In this document: piece by piece, positions 28,169 through 38,247 of the stretch
Layout of the letters: every line of letters starts with the position of its first letter
Position numbering within the stretch: the stretch's first letter is position 1
Source of the DNA: Armatimonadota bacterium
GTDB taxonomy: Bacteria; Armatimonadota; Armatimonadia; Armatimonadales; Armatimonadaceae
DNA: 51,516 nt
Reading direction: 5' to 3'
Assembly: GCA_043754515.1 (NCBI GenBank)
Contig: JAYUUO010000068.1
Span: 1-51,516, forward strand
Translations under genes and position numbers: made by a program
Notes under the pieces: generated by a model
What the model was told of the DNA's origin: nothing
Databases searched by the model: none
The model's input: only the letters and a program-made list of their open reading frames with translations

Positions 28169-29479
28169 ATGAGCGCGCCCACGATCCGATCCGGCACCGG
28201 GACCCTGTTCAACAGCGGGGCCGACGGGGAAGACGATGACGTCCCCTACGTTGCCCCCTGGTGGGGGCCGGCCTACGTCACGGTGGTCATGTCGCTACGG
28301 GGCCTGGTCGCCAACAAGCTTCGCGCCGCATTAACGATGCTCGGCGTCATCATCGGTGTCGCGGCTGTGATCGTCGCCATCGCGATTGGACAAGGCTCCA
28401 AGGCGGCGGTGCAGGCGAGTCTACAACGCCTGGGGACGAACGTACTAACGGTGCGCCCCGGCGTACAGAAGAAAGGGAACATCTCCTTCGGCTTCGGATC
28501 GCGTTCCACCCTGAAGCCGTCGGACGCGGAGGCGGTTCTGAAGGGGGCACCGTCCGTGGGCCGCGTTTCGCCGGAGGTGAACGGCAACCGTCAGGTCAAA
28601 TACGGCAACAAGAACACTAGCGTCTCGGTCAACGGCACCGGTGAGTTCTACCCGCTGATCTCGAACCACCCGGTGCAGATCGGGCGTTACATCACGCCGA
28701 GCGACATCCGATCGCTCAGCCGCGTTGCCGTTCTGGGAAGCTCGACCGCGAAAGAGTTGTTCGACCGCGCCTCTCCGATGAACAAGACGATCCGCGTCGG
28801 CGATAACAACTTCAAGGTGGTCGGCGTTCTGAAGCCGAAAGGTGGGCAGGGTTTCCGCAACCCGGACGACGGCGTGTACATTCCGTACACGACCGGACTG
28901 CGCCGGGTACTGGGCCAGCAGTTCCTGGGCACGATTAGTGTGCAGGCGCGCTCGTTCGACCTGATGCGCAAGGCGCAGACCGAAGTCGAGACGATCCTGC
29001 GCAAACAACATAAGCTGACGGGCGACGCGGCGTCGGACTTCATCATATTCAACCAGGCGGATCTGTCCGAGGCGCAGAACGCGCAGCAGGACACGTTCGG
29101 ATCGCTGATCACCTACCTGGCCGTGGTATCGCTGGTGGTAGGCGGCATCGGGATCATGAACATCATGCTGGTGTCCGTGACCGAGCGGACGCGCGAGATC
29201 GGGGTGCGCAAGGCCATCGGGGCGCGCAAAGCGGACGTACTGGGGCAGTTCCTGTGCGAGTCACTGTTTCTGTCTCTGGTCGGCGGCCTGATCGGCGTGA
29301 TAGTCGGCATCATCGGCTCGAACGCAATCGGGAACGCGAACGGCTGGCTGGTAGTCATCTCGCCGACGTCTATCGTGCTCGCGTTCGGCGTGTCGGCGTT
29401 CGTCGGCATATTTTTCGGCTTCTACCCCGCGCTCAAGGCGTCGAACCTGCGCCCGATAGAGGCACTCCGGTACGAATAA
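28169..29479 (+). CDS. MacB-type ABC permease
   Basis: RAALTMLGVIIGVAAVI, GGIGIMNIMLVSVTERTREIGVRKAIGA, PIEALRYE. Confidence 0.95.
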   Translation: MSAPTIRSGTGTLFNSGADGEDDDVPYVAPWWGPAYVTVVMSLRGLVANKLRAALTMLGVIIGVAAVIVAIAIGQGSKAAVQASLQRLGTNVLTVRPGVQKKGNISFGFGSRSTLKPSDAEAVLKGAPSVGRVSPEVNGNRQVKYGNKNTSVSVNGTGEFYPLISNHPVQIGRYITPSDIRSLSRVAVLGSSTAKELFDRASPMNKTIRVGDNNFKVVGVLKPKGGQGFRNPDDGVYIPYTTGLRRVLGQQFLGTISVQARSFDLMRKAQTEVETILRKQHKLTGDAASDFIIFNQADLSEAQNAQQDTFGSLITYLAVVSLVVGGIGIMNIMLVSVTERTREIGVRKAIGARKADVLGQFLCESLFLSLVGGLIGVIVGIIGSNAIGNANGWLVVISPTSIVLAFGVSAFVGIFFGFYPALKASNLRPIEALRYE

Positions 29480-29533
29480 ACGTTCGGTGACGGGGCGGTC
29501 CGAAACCGTCCTGTCCATTTCAAAGGAACAAAC

Positions 29534-30199
29534 ATGAAGATAACCCCGGCTTCCTCGCAAGCCACCCGTCTTGTACGTATTTTAGCGGTTTGTCTGCCGC
29601 TCGTTCTTGCCCCGCTTGCGGCGTTCGCGCAGGGTCCCGGCGGTGGAGGCGGCGGGTTCGACCCGGCGAACATGCCCCCGGCAATGCGGGCGAACATGGA
29701 AAAGATGAAGAAGTTCCGCGATGAGAACAAGCAAGTTTTCGCGCTCAGCCAGACACTCCGCGCGTTCGGTGACATGGACAAGGACCCCCGCACGAAGTTC
29801 ACGCCCCCGCAGGCTAAGACGATTCTTGGCGTGATCAACAAATGGAAGACAAAGCCCTCGCTGACGAACGAGCAGGCGACGCAGATAAACAAGGAGTTGA
29901 CCCGGTCGCTGACGATCCCTCAGATTAAGCAGCTCGCTGTCGCGGCAAGCCAGCGCGGGGGCTGGGGTGGCGGAGGCGGGGGCGGCGGTCGTCCCGGCGG
30001 CGGCGGGCAGAGCGGCGGTGGTGGTCGCCCCGGCGGAGGCGGACAGGGTGGACCCGGCGGTGGTGGCTGGAAGATGCCGGAGCTTAAGCCGTTCAACCCG
30101 CTGAACCCGGAAACTACCTTCTCCCGGAACAAGGAGATGGCGAAGCGACGCATGTCTGAGATGACTACCATGCTCGCCGCGCGGGCGAACGGGAAGTAG
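29534..30199 (+). CDS. Secreted helical protein with LTxxQ-like motifs and poly-Gly tracts
   Basis: Signal peptide ...AAFA-Q; FTPPQ, LTNEQ, LTIPQ; RBS aaagga. Confidence 0.7.
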   Translation: MKITPASSQATRLVRILAVCLPLVLAPLAAFAQGPGGGGGGFDPANMPPAMRANMEKMKKFRDENKQVFALSQTLRAFGDMDKDPRTKFTPPQAKTILGVINKWKTKPSLTNEQATQINKELTRSLTIPQIKQLAVAASQRGGWGGGGGGGGRPGGGGQSGGGGRPGGGGQGGPGGGGWKMPELKPFNPLNPETTFSRNKEMAKRRMSEMTTMLAARANGK

Positions 30200-30207
30200 C
30201 GACACGC

Positions 30208-30257
30208 CGCCGCGCCCTCTCCCTCCCGTTGCGACGCGGGAGGGAGAGGGCGCGGCG
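30208..30257. repeat. 21-bp perfect hairpin related to the CCCTCTCCC/GGGAGAGGG palindrome
   Basis: cgccgcgccctctccctcccg / cgggagggagagggcgcggcg, inside the operon, no U-tail. Confidence 0.85.
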
Positions 30258-30275
30258 TCTAGGCAGGCAACACAC

Positions 30276-31019
30276 ATGGACCCACTGATCACCGCTACCG
30301 ACCTGACCAAGACGTACCAGATGGGCACGAACACCGTTCGCGCCCTGCGCGGCGTCTCCCTCTCCATCGGGCGCGGGGAGTTCGTCGCCATCATGGGGCC
30401 GTCCGGGTCGGGTAAGTCAACGTTCATGAACATGGTCGGGTGCCTCGACTCGCCTTCGGAAGGCTCGTACCTGCTGGACGGCGAGGAGATCGCGGGGCTG
30501 ACGGATGACGAACTGGCGCGAATACGCTCGCGCCGCATCGGGTTCGTGTTCCAGACGTTCAACCTGCTCCCGCGCACGTCCGCCCTACACAATGTCGAAC
30601 TGCCGCTTCTCTACAACCTGGGCGCGACACGGAACAGGGCGGTACGCGCCGAAAAAGCGTTGAGCATGGTCGGGCTGTTGGACCGTTCGGACCACACCCC
30701 GGCGCAACTTTCGGGGGGACAGCAGCAACGCGTCGCCATCGCCCGCGCCCTGGTGAACGATCCCGCGCTCCTGCTCGCCGACGAGCCGACCGGCGCGCTC
30801 GACACGCGCACGGGCGAAGAGATCATGGCGATCTTCCAGCGATTGCACCGGATGGGCAAGACCGTGATCGTGGTGACGCACGAGCCGGATATCGCGCGGC
30901 ACGCGGAACGGGTGATCCGCTTCAAAGACGGGCGGATCGTCAGCGACCTGAAGGTGACAGACCCGGTAGACGCGGTGACCGCGCTCGCGGCGATGGGCGA
31001 CGAGTTGGACGAGGGGTAG
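30276..31019 (+). CDS. MacB/LolD-type ABC ATP-binding protein
   Basis: [45 protein letters not shown]. Confidence 0.96.
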   Translation: MDPLITATDLTKTYQMGTNTVRALRGVSLSIGRGEFVAIMGPSGSGKSTFMNMVGCLDSPSEGSYLLDGEEIAGLTDDELARIRSRRIGFVFQTFNLLPRTSALHNVELPLLYNLGATRNRAVRAEKALSMVGLLDRSDHTPAQLSGGQQQRVAIARALVNDPALLLADEPTGALDTRTGEEIMAIFQRLHRMGKTVIVVTHEPDIARHAERVIRFKDGRIVSDLKVTDPVDAVTALAAMGDELDEG

Positions 31020-31057
31020 GTTGGGCGTGGGGAATGGCGGTGGAAGAAGGCAGGAAA

Positions 31058-31199
31058 CGTTGTTCCTCCGGTTCGCAAGTGTGCGAACGTGGTGGAAGCG
31101 TGCCGCTTGGTGTTCCGTTGGAACGCGGGTCGGTTCGTGATACCGTGAGCCATCCGACTCCCGGTTCCAACGGAGAACCAAGCCGCGAGGCTTCCACCA
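31058..31199. repeat. Partial REP-like copy (31058-31088) plus a 110-nt imperfect hairpin (31090-31199) between convergent genes
   Basis: 29/31 match to the reverse complement of 20955-20985; nested arms tggtggaagc/gcttccacca, gcttggt/accaagc, tccgttggaac/gttccaacgga. Confidence 0.8.
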
Positions 31200-31223
31200 G
31201 ACGATCCCCAAGCCCACGCACCT

Positions 31224-32663
31224 TCACGAAGCCGCCGCGACAGTCTCAGTCTCCCTCGCAAGTTTGCCGAGCGCGTCGTACGTCGCGTATTTGTACGTTT
31301 CGGCGAGCGTCGGGTAGTTGTAGCACGTCTGCAAGAACAGGTCGGCTCCCTGGCCCGCCAGCATCGCGGTCAGGCCGATATGCACGAGTTCGGACGCCTG
31401 CTCGCCGATAATGTGGCACCCGATCAGCGTCATGTCCGGCTTCCGGAAGACCAGTTTCAGAAAGCCGTGTTGCTCGCCGATGATCTCGCCGCGCGCGTTC
31501 TCGGCGAAGTAGGCCCGCCCGACCACCACGGGTATCCCTTTCGCTAGGGCGTCCTTCTCCGTCTCGCCCGCCGCCGATGCCTCGGGAATGGTATATACGC
31601 CGTACGGCAGAATCGGCGGCATGGCCTGTTTGTAGCCGAGGTGGAACGCGTGGCACATGGCGAGCCGCCCCTGCTCCATCGCCGCCGACGCAAGCGCGGG
31701 GATTCCGATCACATCGCCCGCCGCGAAGATGTGCATGAGACTGGTTCGGAACTGCGCGTCCACGGGGATCTGCCCCCGCTTGTTGACCGCGACCCCGATA
31801 CCGTCCAGCCCCAGCGTCGCCGTGTTGCCCTGCCGCCCCGCCGCGATCAGGATCGTCTCGCCCTCGATCATGTTGCCCGACGATAACTGGAGCGTGTAGC
31901 CGCCTTCCACCTTGCAGTTCGCGCTCCCGATCACCGCGCTGATCGTCTCACCCAGCGCGAACACGATGCCGAGTGCCTCCATCCGCGCTTTAAGCACCGC
32001 GACGATCTCGTCGTCGAGGAATGTCAACATCTCCGGGCGTGTTTCGAGTATGGTCACGCGGGTCCCAAGGGCGGCGAAGATGCAGGCGTACTCGCAACCG
32101 ATCACGCCCGCGCCGACCACGATCAGGCTCGTCGGGATCCGTTCCAGCGACAGGATCTCGTCCGAATCGTAGATGCACTCGTCCTCGAACGGGTAGATCG
32201 GCGGGTGGAACGGGTAGCTGCCGGTCGCGATCAGGAAAAAGTCGGCGGTGAGCGTCGTGCCGTCGGTGCCGACCGTGATGGTATGTGAGTCGGTGAATGT
32301 CGCCGCCCCCGTGAAAACATCAATGTTGTGCCGCTCCAGGTTCGCCGCGATCCGGTTGCGTTCGTTGCCCGACACGGCGCGTTCGCGCCGCAGAAAGTCC
32401 TGCACCGTCGCGCGTTCGCGCAGGTTGGCTTCGATGCCGTAAAGCCCGCGCTGGATAAAGCCGGACAGGTACAACGCGGTTTCGCGCAGTGTCTTCGACG
32501 GAAGCGTGCCGGTGTTCGCGGCGGCACCGCCGAGGTACGGCTCCTTTTCTACAAGGGCGACCCGCTTGCCGAAGTACGCCGCCTGCGCCGCGCCCTTCTC
32601 ACCCGCCGGGCCGGAGCCGATCACGATCAGGTCGTAGTGTGTGTCAACCGTCTGATTTTCCAT
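31224..32663 (-). CDS. sthA: Soluble (Si-specific) pyridine nucleotide transhydrogenase
   Basis: VIGSGPAGEKGAAQAA, GTLPSKTLRE (no redox Cys pair), VGAGVIGCEYA, NYPTLAETYKYA. Confidence 0.93.
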   Translation of the reverse strand: MENQTVDTHYDLIVIGSGPAGEKGAAQAAYFGKRVALVEKEPYLGGAAANTGTLPSKTLRETALYLSGFIQRGLYGIEANLRERATVQDFLRRERAVSGNERNRIAANLERHNIDVFTGAATFTDSHTITVGTDGTTLTADFFLIATGSYPFHPPIYPFEDECIYDSDEILSLERIPTSLIVVGAGVIGCEYACIFAALGTRVTILETRPEMLTFLDDEIVAVLKARMEALGIVFALGETISAVIGSANCKVEGGYTLQLSSGNMIEGETILIAAGRQGNTATLGLDGIGVAVNKRGQIPVDAQFRTSLMHIFAAGDVIGIPALASAAMEQGRLAMCHAFHLGYKQAMPPILPYGVYTIPEASAAGETEKDALAKGIPVVVGRAYFAENARGEIIGEQHGFLKLVFRKPDMTLIGCHIIGEQASELVHIGLTAMLAGQGADLFLQTCYNYPTLAETYKYATYDALGKLARETETVAAAS

Positions 32664-32692
32664 GAGTTCCTAGTCACCTTCGTAGCCCGCCC

Positions 32693-33493
32693 TTAAGCGA
32701 GCCGCTCGCGCAAATACCGCATCGTCGCTGGGGGGGCCGTTATCAACGTCGCGTCGCAGTCGGGACCATTCGCGAGGTGCGCCATCGGGCTGTATGTTCC
32801 GCCGGATTCCAGCCAGACGGATTCCGCGCCGACCTCCCGCGCGAGACAGATCCCCGCCGCTAGGTCATAGAGCGACGTACACGCGCACTGGCAACCCTTC
32901 GCCTGGCCCGCCGCGACGTAACACAGATCCAGCGCGGCGGAGCCGAGTATCCGCAACTTCGCCGTCAGCCGCCCGAAGTCCATGCGGCGCACCGACGTCG
33001 AGCAGATGATATACACCTCCTCGCTCGCCAGTACATCGCCTTCGCCTAGCCCCGGCAGGGATACCCCGTTGCGGGCCGCGCCGTGGCCCCGCGCGGCGGC
33101 GTAGACCTCGTTCAGCATTGGAGCGTTTACCACCCCGGCAACCGCGTGCCCCTCGTGTACCACCCCGATACTGATGCACCAGAGCGGCAAACCGTTCGCG
33201 AGGTTCGTGGTGCCGTCCACCGGGTCGAGGCACCAGAGCGGCACGTCCGGCGACACATCTCCGGTCTGCCCGAACTCCTCGCCCAGGATCGCGTGATCCG
33301 GGTAGGTCGCGCCGATCCGCTCGCGCAGGAACCGCTCGATGGCGTGATCCACGTCGGTCACCACGGTGCCGTTCGCCTTGAGGTCGGCGGTGATACCAGA
33401 GCGGACCATCTCCTTCGCCCGGCTCGCAGCTTCGTCCGCGAGCCGAACGGCGAAGTCGCGCCAGTTGGTGTAAAGGGATTCGTTTTGTTGCAT
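32693..33493 (-). CDS. Inositol monophosphatase family protein
   Basis: ILGEE, WCLDPVDGTTN, GSAALDLCYVAAG, YDLAAG. Confidence 0.93.
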   Translation of the reverse strand: MQQNESLYTNWRDFAVRLADEAASRAKEMVRSGITADLKANGTVVTDVDHAIERFLRERIGATYPDHAILGEEFGQTGDVSPDVPLWCLDPVDGTTNLANGLPLWCISIGVVHEGHAVAGVVNAPMLNEVYAAARGHGAARNGVSLPGLGEGDVLASEEVYIICSTSVRRMDFGRLTAKLRILGSAALDLCYVAAGQAKGCQCACTSLYDLAAGICLAREVGAESVWLESGGTYSPMAHLANGPDCDATLITAPPATMRYLRERLA

Positions 33494-33524
33494 AAGGGGT
33501 TCCGGGTCTGGTATAGCCTTTTTT

Positions 33525-34325
33525 ATGGCATCGCGTACCGATCTAATGGTTACTACGGCGGCGGAGGAAACTCCTGCTTTATGGGAGCGTGCGCTGGCAC
33601 TCGCGGCGGAACTCGGTTGCCTCGCGGTCGCGCGGCGCGGGAGCGGAATGCCGAAACTGTTCGAGGCGTACCCCGGGGTCGAGCGGGCCGTCGTGGTGCA
33701 GACGCGGCGGTTACTACTCGCTGACCGCGCCGGGAACTCGTTCTTCCAACACCCCAACATGGGCTACCTTCGCTTCGGGCACCTGCTCGCCGGGGGGCAT
33801 GACACTCTCCTCGAAGCGACCGAAGCCGCGCCGGGCGACTCCGTCCTCGATTGTACCCTCGGATACGCGGCGGAGGCCACGTTACTCGCGTACGCGGTCG
33901 GGGATGGCGGCGAAATTCACGGCGTCGAGGCGGTTCCCGAACTGGGCGTCGTGGTGCGGGACGGGTTGCAGACCGTTACCACGGCGCGACCGGGACTAAA
34001 TGAGGCGATGCGCCGGGTGCGCGTCGTCCACCTCGGCTTGAATGAGGAGTATCTGCGCTCCTGCCCCGATGGCCGCTACGATGTGGTCTACTTCGACCCG
34101 TTCTTCGAGGACACGCTCGCGGACTCCACGCCGTTCGCCCCGATTCGGCTGTTCGGCGACCACGCCCGCCTGACGCGCGAGACGGTGGCGGAAGCGGTAC
34201 GGGTCGCCCGTCGCCGCGTCGTGATCAAGGCGACGCGCTGGAGCGAGACGTTCGCCGACCTTGGCATCACAGAGCAGGTGGCATCGCGGAATGGTAGAGT
34301 CGCTTACGGGATAGTTCGCGCCTAA
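33525..34325 (+). CDS. Class I SAM-dependent methyltransferase (YpiP/RsmJ-like)
   Basis: FFQHPNM, VLDCTLGYAAEA, YDVVYFDPFF, ARRRVVIK. Confidence 0.85.
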   Translation: MASRTDLMVTTAAEETPALWERALALAAELGCLAVARRGSGMPKLFEAYPGVERAVVVQTRRLLLADRAGNSFFQHPNMGYLRFGHLLAGGHDTLLEATEAAPGDSVLDCTLGYAAEATLLAYAVGDGGEIHGVEAVPELGVVVRDGLQTVTTARPGLNEAMRRVRVVHLGLNEEYLRSCPDGRYDVVYFDPFFEDTLADSTPFAPIRLFGDHARLTRETVAEAVRVARRRVVIKATRWSETFADLGITEQVASRNGRVAYGIVRA

Positions 34326-34462
34326 GCCTCACTCCCGCTGTTTTCGCGCGAACTATCCCGCGCCGTTTGTGTACCGTCTTTGCCGGGGCGTCGCGCTTCG
34401 TGCTAGACTGGCGTTGGCTAACCCCGTAGTACACGCCCCGAAGGACGGTCATCACCGACAAG

Positions 34463-35221
34463 ATGTTTGCACGAATCCGCGAAGATATACAAACCGTGTT
34501 CCGCAAGGACCCGGCAGCACGCAACGTGTGGGAGGTTCTCTCCTACGCGGGACTGTGGGCGGTGATGTCGCACCGCGCCGCGCACTGGCTGTGGACGCAT
34601 CATGCTAAGACGCTGGCGCGGCTCCTCTCGCAGTGGACGCGTTTCTGCACCGGAGTCGAGATCCACCCCGGCGCGACTATCGGGCGGCGCTTCTTTATTG
34701 ACCACGGGATGGGCGTTGTGATCGGCGAGACGGCGGAGATCGGCGACGACGTGCTGATGTACCATGCGGTGACGCTCGGCGGCACGTCGCTTCATAAGGA
34801 GAAGCGGCACCCGACTATCGGGAATAATGTGCTGATCGGGATGGGCGCGAAGGTTATCGGGGCGATAACGGTCGGCGATAACGCCCGCATCGGCGCGAAC
34901 GCGGTGGTCACGAAAAACGTCCCGCCGGAAGCCACGGTAGTAGGGATCCCCGGCAAGGTGGTCAAAATGGGCGACACTTATGTGCAAGCCAGCACGCCCC
35001 AGCCCAAGCCGATACCGCTACCGCCTACGCATCCGATGGTGATGGACGCCGAACTGAACGCGCTCGACCCACAAGGCGAACTGATCCAGCGGCTACTGAT
35101 CGAGATCGCGGAGCTCAAGTCGCGCGTCGCCGCCGTGGAAGGCAAGCCGAACGCGTCGCCTGTCCCCCACGCTCCGCACGATGGGTGGGAGCCGGACGAC
35201 ATTGAGGCCGCGACTCCGTGA
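34463..35221 (+). CDS. cysE: Serine O-acetyltransferase
   Basis: [45 protein letters not shown]. Confidence 0.97.
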   Translation: MFARIREDIQTVFRKDPAARNVWEVLSYAGLWAVMSHRAAHWLWTHHAKTLARLLSQWTRFCTGVEIHPGATIGRRFFIDHGMGVVIGETAEIGDDVLMYHAVTLGGTSLHKEKRHPTIGNNVLIGMGAKVIGAITVGDNARIGANAVVTKNVPPEATVVGIPGKVVKMGDTYVQASTPQPKPIPLPPTHPMVMDAELNALDPQGELIQRLLIEIAELKSRVAAVEGKPNASPVPHAPHDGWEPDDIEAATP

Positions 35222-35278
35222 GCGGGGGAGCACCAGCGCGGGGACGATTCCGACACCTCTTGCAGGTATAATTTCGTT

Positions 35279-35980
35279 ATGAATACACCACCTCCGGTCA
35301 CATTACCGGGTTCGCGCGCGGTCTCCGAACTCGGGGCGCATCTCGGCGCATTGACCACGATCACTCTCTGGCACGACATTCTGTGCCCCTGGTGCTACGT
35401 CGCGCTTTTTCAGGCGCACAAGCTGACCGCTGAGTTTGGCGTGATGTTTGACTGGCGCGGCGCGGAACTGTTCCCCCCGGCTCTCAACTATCAGCCCAGC
35501 CCGCCGCGTCCGGTTGATCCGAACGCTCCGCCCGCGTCGAAAAGCCGGTTCGACCTTTTCGCGGAAGCCGAGGGCGTCGAGATGCCGTCGCCGCGCCCCG
35601 CGTTCACCAGCATGCACCCCGCGCTCCTGGCTCTGGAGTACGCGACCGTGAAGGAAGGGCCGACGAAAGGCGACGCGCTCAACACCGCGCTGTACCGCGC
35701 GTTTTGGGAGCAACAGACCGATATCGCGGATCACGCCGCGCTCGCACGCATCGCGGAATCGGTCGGCATCGTGTCCGCTCCCCTTTTGGAGTCGGTCGCG
35801 GGCGAGGAGTTCGCGGCCAACATCGTCGGTTTCGACGACGACGCGTATGCCGCCGGGATCCGCCACGTGCCGACGTTCGTTTTCGGGGGCGAGGAGCGTC
35901 TCGCCGAAGCACCCTACGCCGACCTCGCCCGCGCTACGGATCGTTTTTTAATCCGCGCCGAGAAGTACAGGGGGCAGTGA
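35279..35980 (+). CDS. DsbA/FrnE-like thioredoxin-fold protein
   Basis: HDILCPWCY, LYRAFW, GIRHVPTFVF. Confidence 0.88.
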   Translation: MNTPPPVTLPGSRAVSELGAHLGALTTITLWHDILCPWCYVALFQAHKLTAEFGVMFDWRGAELFPPALNYQPSPPRPVDPNAPPASKSRFDLFAEAEGVEMPSPRPAFTSMHPALLALEYATVKEGPTKGDALNTALYRAFWEQQTDIADHAALARIAESVGIVSAPLLESVAGEEFAANIVGFDDDAYAAGIRHVPTFVFGGEERLAEAPYADLARATDRFLIRAEKYRGQ

Positions 35981-35981
35981 A

Positions 35982-36866
35982 ATGAAGCTAGCCAACGCGC
36001 TCGTGAACGGCGTCCCGACGCCAGTCTACGCCCATTCGGACGGCCTGTTATACGATCTGCCGCGCCTACTCGCGCTTTCCGGCGGGGGCGTTACTCCGCC
36101 GCGCACGCTACTGGAAGCGGCGGGCGGGGGCACGGCTCTCGCGCTCGCGACGGCGAACGCGGTGGCGTCGCTCGACGTAGCGGGAGACGCGGACGAAGCG
36201 GTGATCCCCGCCGAAACGCCGCTACTCGCCCCCCTGCCGCGCCCGAACCGTATCCTCGCCATCGGCCGCAACTACGCCGAACACGCGAAGGAGCAGGGCG
36301 CGAGCGTCACCGAGGAGCCTATCGTTTTCCTAAAATCGGCGCAGAGCGTGATCGCGCCCGGCTGGGCGATTCAGATCCCCGAGGGCATCGGGCGTGTGGA
36401 CTACGAGGCGGAACTTATGGTCGTGATCGGCACGGGCGGGAAGAACATCGCCGAGTCGGACGCCATCGGCCATGTAGCGGGCTACACGATTTTCAATGAT
36501 GTGACAGCGCGGGATATGCAAAAGAAGGCGCAGTCATCCAACCACCCGTGGTTCCTGTCGAAATCGCTGGACACGTTCGGGCCGATGGGGCCGTACCTCG
36601 TTACCCCCGACGAGATCACCGACCCGCACGCCCTGCGAATCTCGCTCACGGTAAACGGCGAACTGCGGCAGGACGACACCACGGCCAGCATGGTCTTCAA
36701 GATACCGGCCCTGATCGCCTATCTGTCCCGCTGGTTCGCACTCGAACCGGGAGACGTCATCGCGACCGGCACGCCGTCGGGCATCGGTCCTATCGTCCCC
36801 GGCGACGCCGTCGCGGTCACCGTAGAGGGGATCGGTACGCTGATAAACCCGGTAGTCGCGGGGTAG
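35982..36866 (+). CDS. Fumarylacetoacetate hydrolase family protein
   Basis: IGRNYAEHAKE, DYEAEL, NDVTARD, KSLDTFGPMGP, GDVIATGTPSG. Confidence 0.95.
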   Translation: MKLANALVNGVPTPVYAHSDGLLYDLPRLLALSGGGVTPPRTLLEAAGGGTALALATANAVASLDVAGDADEAVIPAETPLLAPLPRPNRILAIGRNYAEHAKEQGASVTEEPIVFLKSAQSVIAPGWAIQIPEGIGRVDYEAELMVVIGTGGKNIAESDAIGHVAGYTIFNDVTARDMQKKAQSSNHPWFLSKSLDTFGPMGPYLVTPDEITDPHALRISLTVNGELRQDDTTASMVFKIPALIAYLSRWFALEPGDVIATGTPSGIGPIVPGDAVAVTVEGIGTLINPVVAG

Positions 36867-36941
36867 CGGCTATCTTAACCGCGCCTGCTTAATAGCCAGC
36901 GTGGCGACCGGAGCGCGGCCGCGCCTTCGCCGTATAAACCT

Positions 36942-37421
36942 ATGAGTGATTGTGTTTCTATAGTACCGTACCGGGGCGAATACCGGGCCGCATTCGACCG
37001 TCTAAACCGCGCGTGGGTGTCGGAGCATTTCGTCGTTGAGCCTGGCGATGAGGCGGAACTGACCGATCCGTATGGCTACTTCGTCCTGAGCGGTGGGCAG
37101 GTCCTTTTTCTGGTCACGGCCGGCGGGGAGGTGGTCGGTTCGGTCGCGCTGTTGAAGCACGGGACGCTGTTCGAGGTGGCGAAGATGACGGTTGACGAGC
37201 GGTTTCGCGGCAGGGGCTTTGGCGACCGGCTCATGGAAGCCGCCGCCGCCTACGCCCGCGCGGAAGGCGCGACCGTGCTGGAACTGGTCTCCAACACGAA
37301 ACTGGAAGCCGCGATCCGCTTGTACCGCAAGCACGGGTTTATCGAGGTTCCGCTCGGACCCCGAGAGCAGTACGCGCGGGCGAACATCCGAATGCGCTAC
37401 GAGGTTGCTCCCGCTGATTGA
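36942..37421 (+). CDS. GNAT family N-acetyltransferase
   Basis: EVAKMTVDERFRGRGFG, SNTKLEAAIRLYRKHGF. Confidence 0.92.
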   Translation: MSDCVSIVPYRGEYRAAFDRLNRAWVSEHFVVEPGDEAELTDPYGYFVLSGGQVLFLVTAGGEVVGSVALLKHGTLFEVAKMTVDERFRGRGFGDRLMEAAAAYARAEGATVLELVSNTKLEAAIRLYRKHGFIEVPLGPREQYARANIRMRYEVAPAD

Positions 37422-37430
37422 GATCGCGTT

Positions 37431-38099
37431 ATGACACCGGAACAGATCGCCCCCGCCCTGGATTCGGTTCGCGCCGCCGTCACCCCGTATCCCCCTGCCG
37501 CGCTTTTTCAACTGGCGGGCGAGGGGTATAGCTCGCTTTTTGAGGTGCTCGTCGCGTGCGTCGTCTCGGTGCGGACGCTGGAGGAGAACACGCTCGCCGT
37601 ATCGCGCCGCCTCTTCGCGGGGGCGCGAACCCCCGCCGCCGTCGCCGCGCTCGGTGATGACGAACTGCTCACGCTCCTATCCGGCACGACGTTCCCGGAG
37701 CTGAAGGTGAGTCAGATCAAAGGGATCGCGGGGCGCGCCCTCGCGGATCACGCGGGGGGCTTACCCGCCGATTACGAAACGCTACTGGCCCTACCCGGAG
37801 TCGGGCCGAAGTGCGCATCGCTCGCCCTCGGCGTGTCAACCGGTGCCACGCCACACACGCCGGTTGACACGCACGTCCACCGCGTAGCTAACCGCTGGGG
37901 CGTCGTCGCGACCATGAACCCGGAGAAAACGATGGTCGCACTGGACACTATTCTGTCACCCGCCGAACGCATCGCGATCAATCGCCTCCTGGTGCCGTTC
38001 GGGAAATACATATGCACCGGCGGAACGTTGCCGCCGCGTTGCTCTATCTGCCCCTTATCTTCCGTATGCGACCGGGTCGGGGTGGTCAAAAACAGGTAG
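37431..38099 (+). CDS. nth: Endonuclease III (HhH-GPD, 4Fe-4S)
   Basis: LLALPGVGPKCA, VDTHVHRV, C-terminal four-Cys cluster. Confidence 0.88.
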   Translation: MTPEQIAPALDSVRAAVTPYPPAALFQLAGEGYSSLFEVLVACVVSVRTLEENTLAVSRRLFAGARTPAAVAALGDDELLTLLSGTTFPELKVSQIKGIAGRALADHAGGLPADYETLLALPGVGPKCASLALGVSTGATPHTPVDTHVHRVANRWGVVATMNPEKTMVALDTILSPAERIAINRLLVPFGKYICTGGTLPPRCSICPLSSVCDRVGVVKNR

Positions 38100-38247
38100 A
38101 CGAGAGCAGATGTCATCGTCGTCGCCCCATTTGACAGTGCGCTCGTTTATCGGGTAGTGTGCGCCCACCGGTTGATAGCGACAATACCGTCGCGCCTAAC
38201 TATGATGCAATCGCCCTACCCTAACGGCATGGGCAGGCGGTAGTGCT

